Shown: one piece after another, positions 53,486 to 64,000 of the stretch
Position numbering within the stretch: the first letter of the stretch is position 1
Layout: the number at the start of each line of letters is the position of its first letter
Source: Octopus sinensis
Taxonomy: Eukaryota
Assembly: GCF_006345805.1 (NCBI RefSeq)
Contig: NC_043002.1
Span: forward strand, 47,616,001 to 47,680,000
Direction: 5' to 3'
Length of the DNA: 64,000 nt
Translations under genes and position numbers: made by a program
Notes under the pieces: model-generated
What the model saw: the letters and a program-made list of their open reading frames with translations, nothing else
Databases searched by the model: none
Told to the model about the DNA's origin: nothing

Positions 53486-56259
53486 ATCAGTGACTGAGTG
53501 TCCTTCACCAACATGTAATCTTAACATAATTCTCAAGACAAAAAAAGTATGTAAGCATGACACAAAGTTGATTCTTTACATTATAAGTGCAATCTATATG
53601 ACAAGTTTCTGCACAGTTTTCATGTGGTCAATTTCATTCATAAGGCTTGAATCAACGCAAGACAGTGACAAAAGACACTTTGAAAAAGAAGACATAATGA
53701 CTGCAAAGTCAACCTCTTAAAAACTTGTTCAGGCCATGAATATTTACTTTTACATTTGCTTGTCTACAGTCACAGAATCTGCATAGTTATTAAACGGTGT
53801 GCATGTGTGAGTATGCAGAATTTAAACCTGTCAAGAAGTTTTGCCAGATCATATATATATATATATATATATCACAATCAAGGAATGGCCATGATTGTGA
53901 TGTTGAACTTATAAATGGTCTATGACTATTTAATTTTTTCCCACTAGTCCGCTGGTGGCAAAAAAATTCTACGAAATTTTTTGCCACCCTATATTGATTA
54001 ATTATATATATATATATATATAACCTATATATGTAACCTATGTCAGTACGGAAAATGGATGTAAAATAATGATTATATATGATATTTATACACACATACA
54101 CACTTGTGTGTGTGTAGATATATAATCTGTTACATCCATCATGGGGACTCTCTTTTAATTTTCAAGCTGCAAAGCAAACCCCATAGAGCTGGTGACTTGA
54201 AAACTGCCCAACTCACTAAGTCATTAAGAACCAATTTGAGCAACAACGAAACAAAGCTCGTTTTCTATAACTAGCTATAAAGCAATCTCTTGAGTCATAG
54301 TGCCATAAAAAATATACGCACCGTACACTTTGTAAAGTGGTCGGTTTTAGATTGAGCATCCAGCTGTAGAAACCAGACCTTAAAGAAGGCATTGGAACCA
54401 GATATGCTCCTCTATCCTCTTGAATTTCATTGAACCATCCCACCCTACACATGCCAGTATGAAAACAGAGAGTAATGATGATAATACTGTGTGTGTATGG
54501 ATGTGTATATGGATATATCAATGTTGACATTTCATGACTTTACGTATTACATAGCTTTCTGACATTATAAACATCTATGTTGTGCTTTCAAAAACCAGTG
54601 GAGAATGAAATAAGTCCCACATGTATAGGTTGATGACAAGAAGAGCTGTAATGGAGTAAACTGTGTGCAAGTATGCATGTGCATGTATTTATAAATGTGC
54701 ATGTGTATATGTGTGTGTACACACACATATACACAAACATACAATGTATGTTTGCGTATGTCATATGTTTGTATGTCATATGCCACTTGCCATATGTTTG
54801 TAAATGCATTTACAACCCAAACCATCAGGGCTAATTACTATAAAGGAGCATTTCAATGCCTTAATGTGATGTTTGATATTTAACATTTAATTTGCTTTAT
54901 TATTGCTTTCTATAGCACAGATTTTTTTACATATTCCACAATGATTTTCAACAGATCCCACAAACAGCAACACTCTTCAATATATAAACCAACACTGCGC
55001 ATGCACATGCACACACTCACATACACACATACACACACACACATGTATGTGCATACATATGATAACAGCAAATGTCACTATTGGCCACAAGGATCCACAA
55101 AGCTATTGCTAAGCTCTGGATTTACTAGCATCAAGGAGATAAGAAATAAACCTTTACCTGGATGCTGCTGTCTTCCATCAATATTCTTGGAAGATTGCAG
55201 TGCTTATTTATAATGCATAAGCACAGAGAATTAAGTGAACAGCTTCAAAGACAATGAAATATCTGTAGCAAATTTGAACTGAAGATGCAAGCAGTGGTTA
55301 TCCAATACTTTATTAACTATATATATGAATATATGTGTGTTTGTACCTGTGTGTGTATGTGTACATGCACACATGCACACTCACAAGCACACACAGACAC
55401 ATATGATTATACCAGTGTTAAAGCTATCTACTTTATCTGCTAGCTTATATTTCTTGCCTCTCTGACAAGAAAGTTCAAATAATGGAAAAGCAGTTAAATT
55501 TGTTAATAATAATATATTATATAACAATAGAAACATTCTATGATATAAAAAAGAATATTCATGTAGAGAATACTCTTCAAACTGCTGCAAGCAAATGCAT
55601 ATACACAAACATACATACATACATACATACATACATAAATGAATGCATGCATGCATATGTACAGGCAAACATACATACATATCTATTCGTCTGTTTATCT
55701 ATCTATACATCAATATCTGTATATGTTTATTTGTGTATATATATATACATACTGTGTACAGTTAGAAAGCATTTGCTTTGTGTCAACCAACATAAAGCAA
55801 TAAAGTGTTCCACTGAAGAGCTGTTGTGGATTTGCATCTGATTGCACTATGAACATCCACTGCAAAGGATGAATAGCTATATTTGGGGAACCTGCTTATG
55901 GAACAAATACTATAAACTGCATTGTGTGTTTATCCTACTTTTCCCCATATATATATATATATTTATATATAAATTATTATTTTGACTCTGGGTAGCTGTA
56001 TTTATGCACACACACACACATACACACACATGTACACACATATATAGCCTTTCTCCTGTAAAGACATTGGAGGCTAAGTTAGAATCTTTTGAGCACTACT
56101 AAGTATCATCTATACAGAGAATATCTGGATCTCATCTGTGAACTATCATCATCATATATAATAATAATGATAATAATAAAGTGACAACAAAAAATAAAAC
56201 CTCGATATTAGATAAATAGAGGGTTATTTATATATGTTATAATTTAGAACAAACAGTAA

Positions 56260-56337
56260 GTTGTCATTATAGTACTCAGAGTTTCGAATGTCGGAGCAAA
56301 GAGCTACGATGCATTCTCATCAGTTATTAATGACAAC
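56260..56337 (-). ncRNA. Type I hammerhead ribozyme, near-canonical
   Basis: Minus: GTTGTCATTA-ATAA-CTGATGA-GAATG(ca tcg t agc tcttt gct c cga)CATTC-GAAA-CTC-T-GAG-T-A-CTA-TAATGACAAC. Intact core, G10.1-C11.1, stem III, GUA triplet and 10-bp distal stem I; one A-C mismatch at 2.1/1.1. Confidence 0.8.
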
Positions 56338-56348
56338 AGGTGGTATGA

Positions 56349-56485
56349 AAAAATTTCTTATAGCTATTTTTCAGCATATTATAATGACCTGCATGTGTTT
56401 CCACTATAAATATATATATATTATTTATAGTGCAAACACATGCAGATCATTATAATATGCTGAATATAACTACAAGAAAAATTTT
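56349..56485. repeat. Long inverted repeat, ~63-bp arms
   Basis: The core 43 bp ttcagcatattataatgacctgcatgtgtttccactataaata (56370-56412) matches the reverse complement of the right arm starting at 56422 with 2 mismatches; TA loop. Confidence 0.9.
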
Positions 56486-56706
56486 GTGGATGTACAAGTT
56501 CCCATACTCTTTATTATTATTAATATCAATGTACACTCCAGACAATATTTACTGTTCAGCAAAGAGAACATGGAATTACCCATTTGAAGAATTCACAGAG
56601 TGACTAACAACTAAATGTAATCAAAGACATACCGATCATTGTAACTAGCCATTAACTGGAACTAATACTATATCTGCCTGGATAATATATCCTTCCAAAC
56701 TCTCTC

Positions 56707-58008
56707 TATCATCATCATCATCATCATCATCATTTAACGTCCGCTTTCCATGCTAGCATGGGTTGGACGGTTCAACTGGGGTCTGGGGAGCCCGAAAGCT
56801 GCACCAGTCCAGTCAGATCTGGCAGTGTTTCTACAGCTGGATGCCCTTCCTAACGCCAACCACTCCGAGAGTGTAGTGGGTGATTTTATGTGCCACCGAC
56901 ACAGGTGCCAGACGAGGCTGACAAACGGCCACGCTCGGATGGTGTTTTTTATGTGCCACCGACACAGGTGCCAGACGAGGCTGGCAGACGGCCACGCTCG
57001 GATGGTGTTTTTTTTTGTGCCACCGACACAGGTGCCAGACGAGGCTGGCAGACGGCCACGCTCGGATGGTGTTTTTATGTGCCACCGACACAGGTGCCAG
57101 ACGAGGCTGGCAGACGGCCACGCTCGGATGGTGTTTTTATGTGCCACCGACACAGGTGCCAGATGAGGCTGGCAAACGGCCACGATCGGATGGTGCTTGT
57201 TACGTGCCCACAGCACGGAGGCCAGTCGATGCGGTACTGGCTACGGCCACGTTCGGATGGTTTTCTTATGTGCCACGTGCCACCGGCACTGGTACCACAA
57301 AGATACAAATTCCATTGATGTTCATCTATTTTGATTTGTTTTGATTTGATTTGATTTTCACTTGCCTCAACAGGTCTTCACAAGTGTCACAAGAAGGAAG
57401 GTATGCACAGGTGGACTGACTACGTCCCAGGTAGGGGCCATGGGTTATGGCCTGACTAGTCTTGCCGGGTCTTCGGATGGTGTTTTTATGTGCCACCGAC
57501 ACAGGTGCTAGATGAGGCTGGCGAACGGCCACGATCGGATTGGTGTTTGTCATGTGCCCACCGCACTGACTACGGCACTGATGGATTTCTTGTGTGCCAC
57601 AGGCACTGGTACCACAAGATACAAATTCCATTGATGTTCATCTATTTTGTCTATTTTGATTTGATTTGATTTGATTTTCACTTGCCTCAACCGGTCTTCA
57701 CAAGGTCACAAGAAGGAAGGAAGGTATGCACAGGTGGACTGACTAGTCTTGCCGGGTCTTCGGAAGGTGTTTTTATGTGCCACCGACACAGGTGCCAGAT
57801 GAGGCTGGCGAACGGCCATGATCGGATGGTGTTTGTTACGTGCCACAGCACGGAGTCCGGTCGATGCGGAACTGGCTACGGCCATGTTCGGATGGTTCTC
57901 ATGTGTGCCACCGCACTGGTACCACAAAGTGTGTGCCACAGGCACTGGTACCACAAAGATACAGATTCCATTGATGTTCATCTATTTTGATTTGTTTTGA
58001 TTTGATTT
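56707..58008 (-). mobile_element. Composite retroposon: hierarchical VNTR plus RTE-type 3' tail and (ATG)n
   Basis: The minus strand ends ...gcatggaaagcggacgttaaatgatgatgatg. 62-64-bp units start at 56888, 56951, 57015, 57077 and 57139; higher-order units end at gatac(a)...ccattgatgttcatc starting 57302, 57618 and 57958. Confidence 0.75.
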
Positions 58009-58027
58009 TTATATATATATATAGTAA

Positions 58028-58343
58028 AGACATGTGGCTAACTGGTTAGGATATCCTGCTCAAGATTGTAAGGTCATGAGTTTGATGCATAACAACATGT
58101 TGTGTCTTTGAGCAAGACACTTTATTTCATGTTACTCCAGTTCATTCAGCTGGCAAAAAATGGGTTGTACTTGTAATTCAAAGGGCCAGCCTTGTCCCAT
58201 TGTGTGTTGCACTGAAAGGCTATATATTAAGGGTATGCGTGTTTGGTGAGAGCTCAGTCACTATCATGTTAATTTCATGAACAGGCTGTTCTGCTGGTTG
58301 GATTAACTGGGACCTTTGTCATTGTAACTGACAGAGTGCCAGT
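58028..58343 (+). mobile_element. tRNA-headed SINE (third family), decayed
   Basis: tggctaactggttagg...gagtttgat head, then gtgtctttgagcaagacactttatttc...ctccagttcattcagctgg. Confidence 0.7.
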
Positions 58344-59309
58344 TTATATATACATCTATATCCACACACACACACACACATATAAGGAAAAATGTATGAT
58401 AAACACAAAATGTATGCATGTATGTATGTGAGTATGTGTAGGTAGATATAATAAAATATACATGTGCAGATATTCAAGTAAAATCATTTCATAACCATAT
58501 TGTTCTTGGTTCAGTCCTACTGTATGGTGTCTTGGACAAAAGCCTTCTACAATAGCCTTAAGCTGACCAAAGTTTTGGTAGCAAAATTTGTAAATGGAAA
58601 TTGTACTGAAGACTTCTTTTCACAATCACATGAATTGAGGTTCAGTCTCACTGTGCAGCAACTTGGGCAAGAGTATTTTGAATGAATTTGATAGATGGAG
58701 ACTATGAGGAAGCATATCATATATATATGATAAAACATGTCGGAAAATTATCTATTTATAGAGATAAATAAAGGATTATTATATCTGTTTCCATCGCCTA
58801 CTTTATTGCATTATCTTGGGATCTACTACATTAAGCATTTTAAGTGGAATTAATACTATGTGTGGTCAGAACCAAATCTGAGACTTAATTGATATCTACC
58901 TGGACCTGTCTCCTTATTTTGTTATATATATTATATATATATATATATATGTGGTGGGGGGTGTATCTCTGAGAATGTTTAAACTCTGTGGTGGTCCATG
59001 CCACAAATCACAATGTTATTGTTGCTGAGCAGCAACCAGTGACATTTGTTGACACCTGTGCACTTTCAAATTATTCAAGAATTGAAATTCTCTTAATTGA
59101 TAGACAGATAAGGGTTGGTGACAGGAACAAAATCCAGTTATAAAACTGTTGCTCTAACTACTACCTGCTTAACTCTTGCAAGCATGGGAAAAGAGGTATT
59201 AAAGGAATAAGCAAATGAACAAAGAAATATATGTATCTATATAATCTTATATAAATGTGTGTTTGTATATATACATACACACAGACATATATATTCATAT
59301 ATATACATG

Positions 59310-59340
<31 letters not shown>

Positions 59341-59404
59341 GCACACACACACATATATATCTATGTATACATGTATTCATGTGTGTGTGTAAATGTTTGT
59401 TATT

Positions 59405-59670
59405 AATAATAATGAAATTATTGTATACAGTGCTCAGGTGCACCACAACTTATCAAAAGTGTGTATAAAGCATATGCAGTAATGTACAAATGTCTGGGAG
59501 GTGAACAGTGTATGAGTCAGATACATGGTTGCATGTGTATGGAGGGGAGTAAATCAGGTGTAGTGTTGGCGAATCTCAGGAAGCATGGAGGTTTTGAAGG
59601 ATGCAGTGCTCCGACAACAAACACCTAATGCCAGCAGTTTGTTCCATCCTTGTTGGCAGGTACTGCTCAA
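59405..59670 (-). mobile_element. L2/CR1-clade LINE 3' end
   Basis: Minus WNKLLALGVCCRSTASFKTSMLPEIRQHYT*, followed by a 3' UTR ending ...ctgtatacaataatttcattatt. Confidence 0.65.
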
Positions 59671-59749
59671 GAAATTGTATTGTTTTATGTTCAATAACTT
59701 GTTATTTCCTGCAATGATGCAGTTCAATAAATAGAAATCAAAATGTACC

Positions 59750-60080
59750 AGACTTTAAAAAGAAAAGTACTGGGGTTGATATTATCAACTCCAATCCTCC
59801 AATTTGGAGTTGGACAGGTTTTACAGCATTTCCTTACTCCTCATATTTCATGTCCTCATACACAGACAACATCAGATAAAGTCAACTTACTTTGCTGTCG
59901 TGTATGCTTTATAGTGTGGATAATACATGTCATCATGGTATCAATGTTAATGTGGTTGTCCCATGCTGAAGAATTAAAGTATGCTTATTCAGAATCACAG
60001 CCTTCTTACACAGCAATTTTGCTTTAAGCAGGTTGCACAATGTTTTTGCGATCAGTCACAACCCTTCATCTTATTACTTG
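59750..60080 (-). mobile_element. Possible very old mariner transposase fragment
   Basis: Minus remnants ILQH... and GLELII...DFYLL echo the LQHDNA and SPDLAPSDFYLF motifs. Confidence 0.35.
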
Positions 60081-60459
60081 TCACATCCTTTACCATGTGT
60101 TATACACACACACCGCAACAATGGAGAAAATGAGCAGACGGATTGTGCTTCATTATTTGTGGTATGGTTTTTTTAATGGTGGAATGCCATTTCAATCCCT
60201 ATCATCTTTATAGCAGTAGCTGGGTGTATTTGTGTCATTGACAAGAGAAAAGAACCCATCCCCTTTATCCTACAATGTTCTCATTTCTTCTTTGTTTTTT
60301 GGCAGTCATAACTTTGTCTCAGTCATGGGAAAAGTCTGAACTAATGTTTTCTACACTCATTCCTTTTAAGAGTTTATCGGAAGTGAAACAGTTTTAGAAG
60401 GAATACGTACGTACATATGTATGTATGTATAGCTGAAGGAGACATCAATATATGTGAAT

Positions 60460-61150
60460 GCATGTTGACCAATAGCTTGTAAGTGAAAGTTGGTAGAGGG
60501 AAATTATTATAAAGCCCATTCTCAATGAGTGTGTGTGTATATATGCACATGCATGTATGTGTCGTCTATAAATGTTTTTATTTGTGTCCATCTTGTGTTT
60601 GTGCTTGACACAATGCTTCTGGTTAAAACATGGCAGATGCTGTGTCAAAATGGTAAATTGGCCAATTAGCAAAACATAGAATGATAAAATAAGTGAAATA
60701 AGAACAGGGTTTCTATGACTGGCTAAAAAAACCAAAATGATAATCTAGCATAGCTATACTCCATTGACTAAAAGCAGTAACTGAATTGAAGAAAATAATC
60801 AATAGTATTATTTGCCTGTTTGTACTGATTATTATGTGCCATTGTAACTCAAGGAGACAACAATATAAGTATGTTGACCAATAGCTTGTGAGTGAAATTT
60901 GGTAGAAGGAAACTGTGAAACTGTTCAGAAGCCCATTATAGTTATATGTGGTTGTGGATGTGTCTATATGCATATTTGTCTGTATCTGCTTTTTAGTTTG
61001 CAAATGACACACCATTGCTGGTTAAAACAAGGCTGGTGCTGTGCCAAAACAATAACTTTGTTAACCAGTAAAATATAAAATGATAAAATAAGTACCAGAC
61101 CAAACTATTCACAAGGGTCACTATGATTGACTAAAACTTGATGAAGAAAG
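60460..61150 (+). mobile_element. Two adjacent 5'-truncated, diverged SINE family A copies
   Basis: gttgaccaatagcttgt(a/g)agtgaaa.ttggtaga at about 60464 and 60872, each followed by the family A tail. Confidence 0.65.
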
Positions 61151-61324
61151 TGCCCTATCACTGCTAAAGTTCATTGACTAAGTGTATCTCTATAGTATGA
61201 GAGAATAGGAGGACAAGGAATATTTTTGATTTTGTTAGCATGAATAGAAAGACAACTATTTGAATTTGCAGTTTTATAGTTTTTATCCAGGAGCTTTGGT
61301 TATATAACAATATATTCAAGAGAA

Positions 61325-61364
<40 letters not shown>

Positions 61365-63194
61365 ATGATATATATATATATATTGGGAGGATTTAAATAA
61401 AACTTAAAAGGACATACATTTAGTTCTATATCACTAGTCTTTCCTATATGGTTTTCATTGTAATATTGGTTATAACTTCACTAAACGTTATTTTATTTGT
61501 ATTTTTAGATTATCATGCTTGAGGGGCTATTGTTGATTGTATTCTTATTTTTACTTTAAATATTTTGAAGTTTGGTGCTAATTGCTTTCCTTCTTAGCTC
61601 TGAACATCTTAGTCTGTCATTTAATTGGTCTATGCATGCATAAAAATGCCCGTAATTTTGTTTGTGCATGAGTGTATGTATGCATGTGTGTCTGTGTGCA
61701 TGCTTGTGCATACATATGCTTTACTCTTTACTTCAAATATGAGCCAAACTCTGAAAGGTTTGATTCCATTATTGAAATTTGGTCTTTAAATTTTAGTTGG
61801 TATTTTGTGTATGTATGTATATATCCCTTTTCAGTGGAGTAAAATGAAATGCAGATCATCATTCTACCAAATGATTACATCTGTATGTGTGATCATTAAA
61901 AAACATAATCCAACTAATTGCTGATCACCCACTTAGTTGAATGGCTTTTTGCATGAATAAGCCAATATTCTATATAAATGGATATATGGAACATTTTGCA
62001 TAAATAGAAATTATTACAGATGAGTGTATATGTGTGTGTGTATATACACACACGCACACACACACATATATATTTGTATATATGTATATACACACAAGAA
62101 AGAGTGAGATAAAGGAGAGTAACTGAAGCCTTTGACAACTCTGTGATCAGTATCAAAAATATTTGTTTCACACTTATTCAAGAAATTCCCAATACACAAC
62201 ACTGATATGAAATCAGATGCAAAAAATGCACAGCATGTCATTAGAGAAAACAAGATAACTCTGCTGCTTACAAGCTTTTGTTGATATATTTGATATGGTC
62301 ATTTTTATGAGTTGTGATAAGAAGCAGCAGTCGCATATGTCTTAAACACCACCAGTTTATAAATGATGGCTATAGCGTATGATTTAATGGTAGACTTCTC
62401 AAACAAATAAAAGATAACAGAAGGAAAATTGTAATAAATACTTTTTAGGATTTTGTGTATGCTTTAAAGTATTATGTGGAATTTTAATGTTTCATATTTA
62501 TTCAGAATTACATTGATTACATTTATTTATAGACAAACACAAATATGTCTTTATATAATATCTTATACAATATTTCATGATTTATTTATACTGCTTACCT
62601 TTAATTAATCTGCACTCCACAGGTACTACTATTAGAATTAGCATGTGTTTAGTATTTCTAAACAATGACTATGTTTCAGAAATAATATTAAATAGAATAT
62701 TTCTCTTTATGTTTATAATTCATTTCATTTGATTAATAATATTAAATTTTATTATAAACATTTTAAAACTCTACTTAGTTTAGTTTCCCCTTTGAAGAAA
62801 GACATTTCAGTCAATTCAAGAGTTGAAAGAAGAAAAGAATATGAGTCAACAAACTGGAGGAATTTCTTCCAAGAAGCCGACAGAATGGTTTCCGAATTAT
62901 TACCAGAGAATCTAATAATGTTTCTAAACCATAGTTAGAAAGCTGTTGGGTTTGGAAAAAAGGTTGAGAAGAAATATTTCAAATGAATCAAAATAGAAAC
63001 ATTCTATGATTCCTTTCTGTAACCTGGAAGAATTTAATTATTTAAGAATTCCTTTTTCATAAACAAAGTCATAAGATAAGACATTAAAAACTTGCTTCTT
63101 TCTATAAATAATCTACAAAACTTTTCTTCCTCAAATATCTTATATAGGTATATAAATGTATTTAACAATATAAGATATAAATGATATTGCTCAC

Positions 63195-63410
63195 GATTTT
63201 TACAGCTCCCATGGTGGTAAACTTTGATGTCTCGCTGACTCTTGCATGCTTCCGTCCTCAGATAGCAGTCATTGCTATATGTGATCCCATCAGTACCACA
63301 AACTGTTGCGATATCTAGTGAGCACATCAGGTTACAACGGCAGACTGGCTTTCGTTTATCATCCAACAAACAGACTGTTTGATCGGAACAAATGAACCCA
63401 TCACAAGGAT
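63195..63410 (-). CDS. AGRN: Internal coding exon: follistatin-N + Kazal module of an agrin-like extracellular protein
   Basis: Minus-strand acceptor ttttcatttcttgcAG (AG at 63412-63411) and donor GTGAG (63194-63190) bound a 216-nt phase 1-1 exon encoding (D)PCDGFICSDQTVCLLDDKRKPVCRCNLMCSLDIATVCGTDGITYSNDCYLRTEACKSQRDIKVYHHGSCKN. It has 10 Cys and the Kazal VCGxDGxTYxNxC motif, and resembles invertebrate agrin FS repeats. The gene identity is from recognition; other FS/Kazal proteins are not excluded. Confidence 0.8.
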
Positions 63411-64000
63411 CTGCAAGAAATGAAAACAATAATATATACAAACAGAATATATATATATATTAAATTAAATTTTAATAATAACTTCTAATAATATCTTGAT
63501 GTTGACTTTTCTTTCCTTTCTCTTCGTCAGTGATTTGTGCCAATTTGGTATAATTGGGTCCTGATATACTTCCACTTAACCATTAACCTTTTCCAGCTTA
63601 GTAGGTTTTAAAAGTTGAATAACATGCAGTTGGAGCAAATTATTGGTGTCATTTTTTTTTTACATGAACAAATAGGTTAAAATAGTGGTCATAACATTTG
63701 CAATATCTCTTAATTACACTTTTATATTTGAAATTCCTTTTCCCACTGAAACTTTTAATAAATTAAAGTCATCATGATAAAAACACTATTTATTTAATAT
63801 AGGATTATTAGTAAAAACAATTCTGTTAATTAATTAGTATTTAATCAACAATCTCAAACATTACAGAAATTGAAATATGAATGGTGATAATGAAAAAAGG
63901 AAGAAGTTGAAAAATAATGTAGTAGAATGACTGTAGGCAGTGACATGACAAAATATCTCTAATTCAAATTTGAAATTCTATGTACTGACAATATTTTCTT

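Noticed and set aside
53954-53988. 12-bp hairpin ggtggcaaaaaa/ttttttgccacc
   Set aside because: Half homopolymer; probably a Tc1-like MITE terminus remnant and too short to interpret.
55157-55264. Apparent minus-strand AG...GTAAAG exon
   Set aside because: Stop codons in all three frames.
57150-57190. CAGATGAG-GCT..GGCC in the VNTR as a hammerhead
   Set aside because: The core has U4A and no GAAA follows the putative stem II.
56888-57200. CRISPR-like regular spacing of repeats
   Set aside because: Units repeat in full with no unique spacers, there are no cas genes, and the context is eukaryotic.
56734-58000. ORFs of 77-160 aa on both strands
   Set aside because: Open in many frames because of a GC-rich tandem repeat; frames shift with T-run length; no domain recognised.
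62729-62938. 69-aa plus-strand ORF near the Kazal exon
   Set aside because: Non-ATG start, no domain similarity and no splice support.

Overview
Very AT-rich animal genomic DNA dense in (TA)n/(CA)n/(AAT)n microsatellites and tRNA-derived SINEs; by repeat content most likely a cephalopod (Octopus-like; inferred, not searched). I can support only one coding exon: a 216-nt phase 1-1 follistatin/Kazal exon on the minus strand (63195-63410) resembling invertebrate agrin. Everything to its left appears intronic or intergenic. It holds a full-length decayed mariner with a nested SINE, MITEs, RTE, L2/CR1 and R4/Dong LINE fragments, a 5S rRNA pseudogene abutting a SINE, and two near-identical tandem duplications. 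The most unusual signal is a set of hammerhead-ribozyme (HHR) motifs of Penelope type. They include a near-complete type I HHR in the sense orientation of the Kazal gene next to a long DNA hairpin (56260-56485), and a ~530-bp palindromic element whose two arms each carry a tRNA-like Pol III head plus a minimal HHR (41108-41636). Also notable are a GC-rich VNTR-containing retroposon with an RTE-type tail (56707-58008), several other fold-back elements, and a candidate internal promoter/first exon at about 10.35-10.73 kb. All alignments and folds were done by eye.
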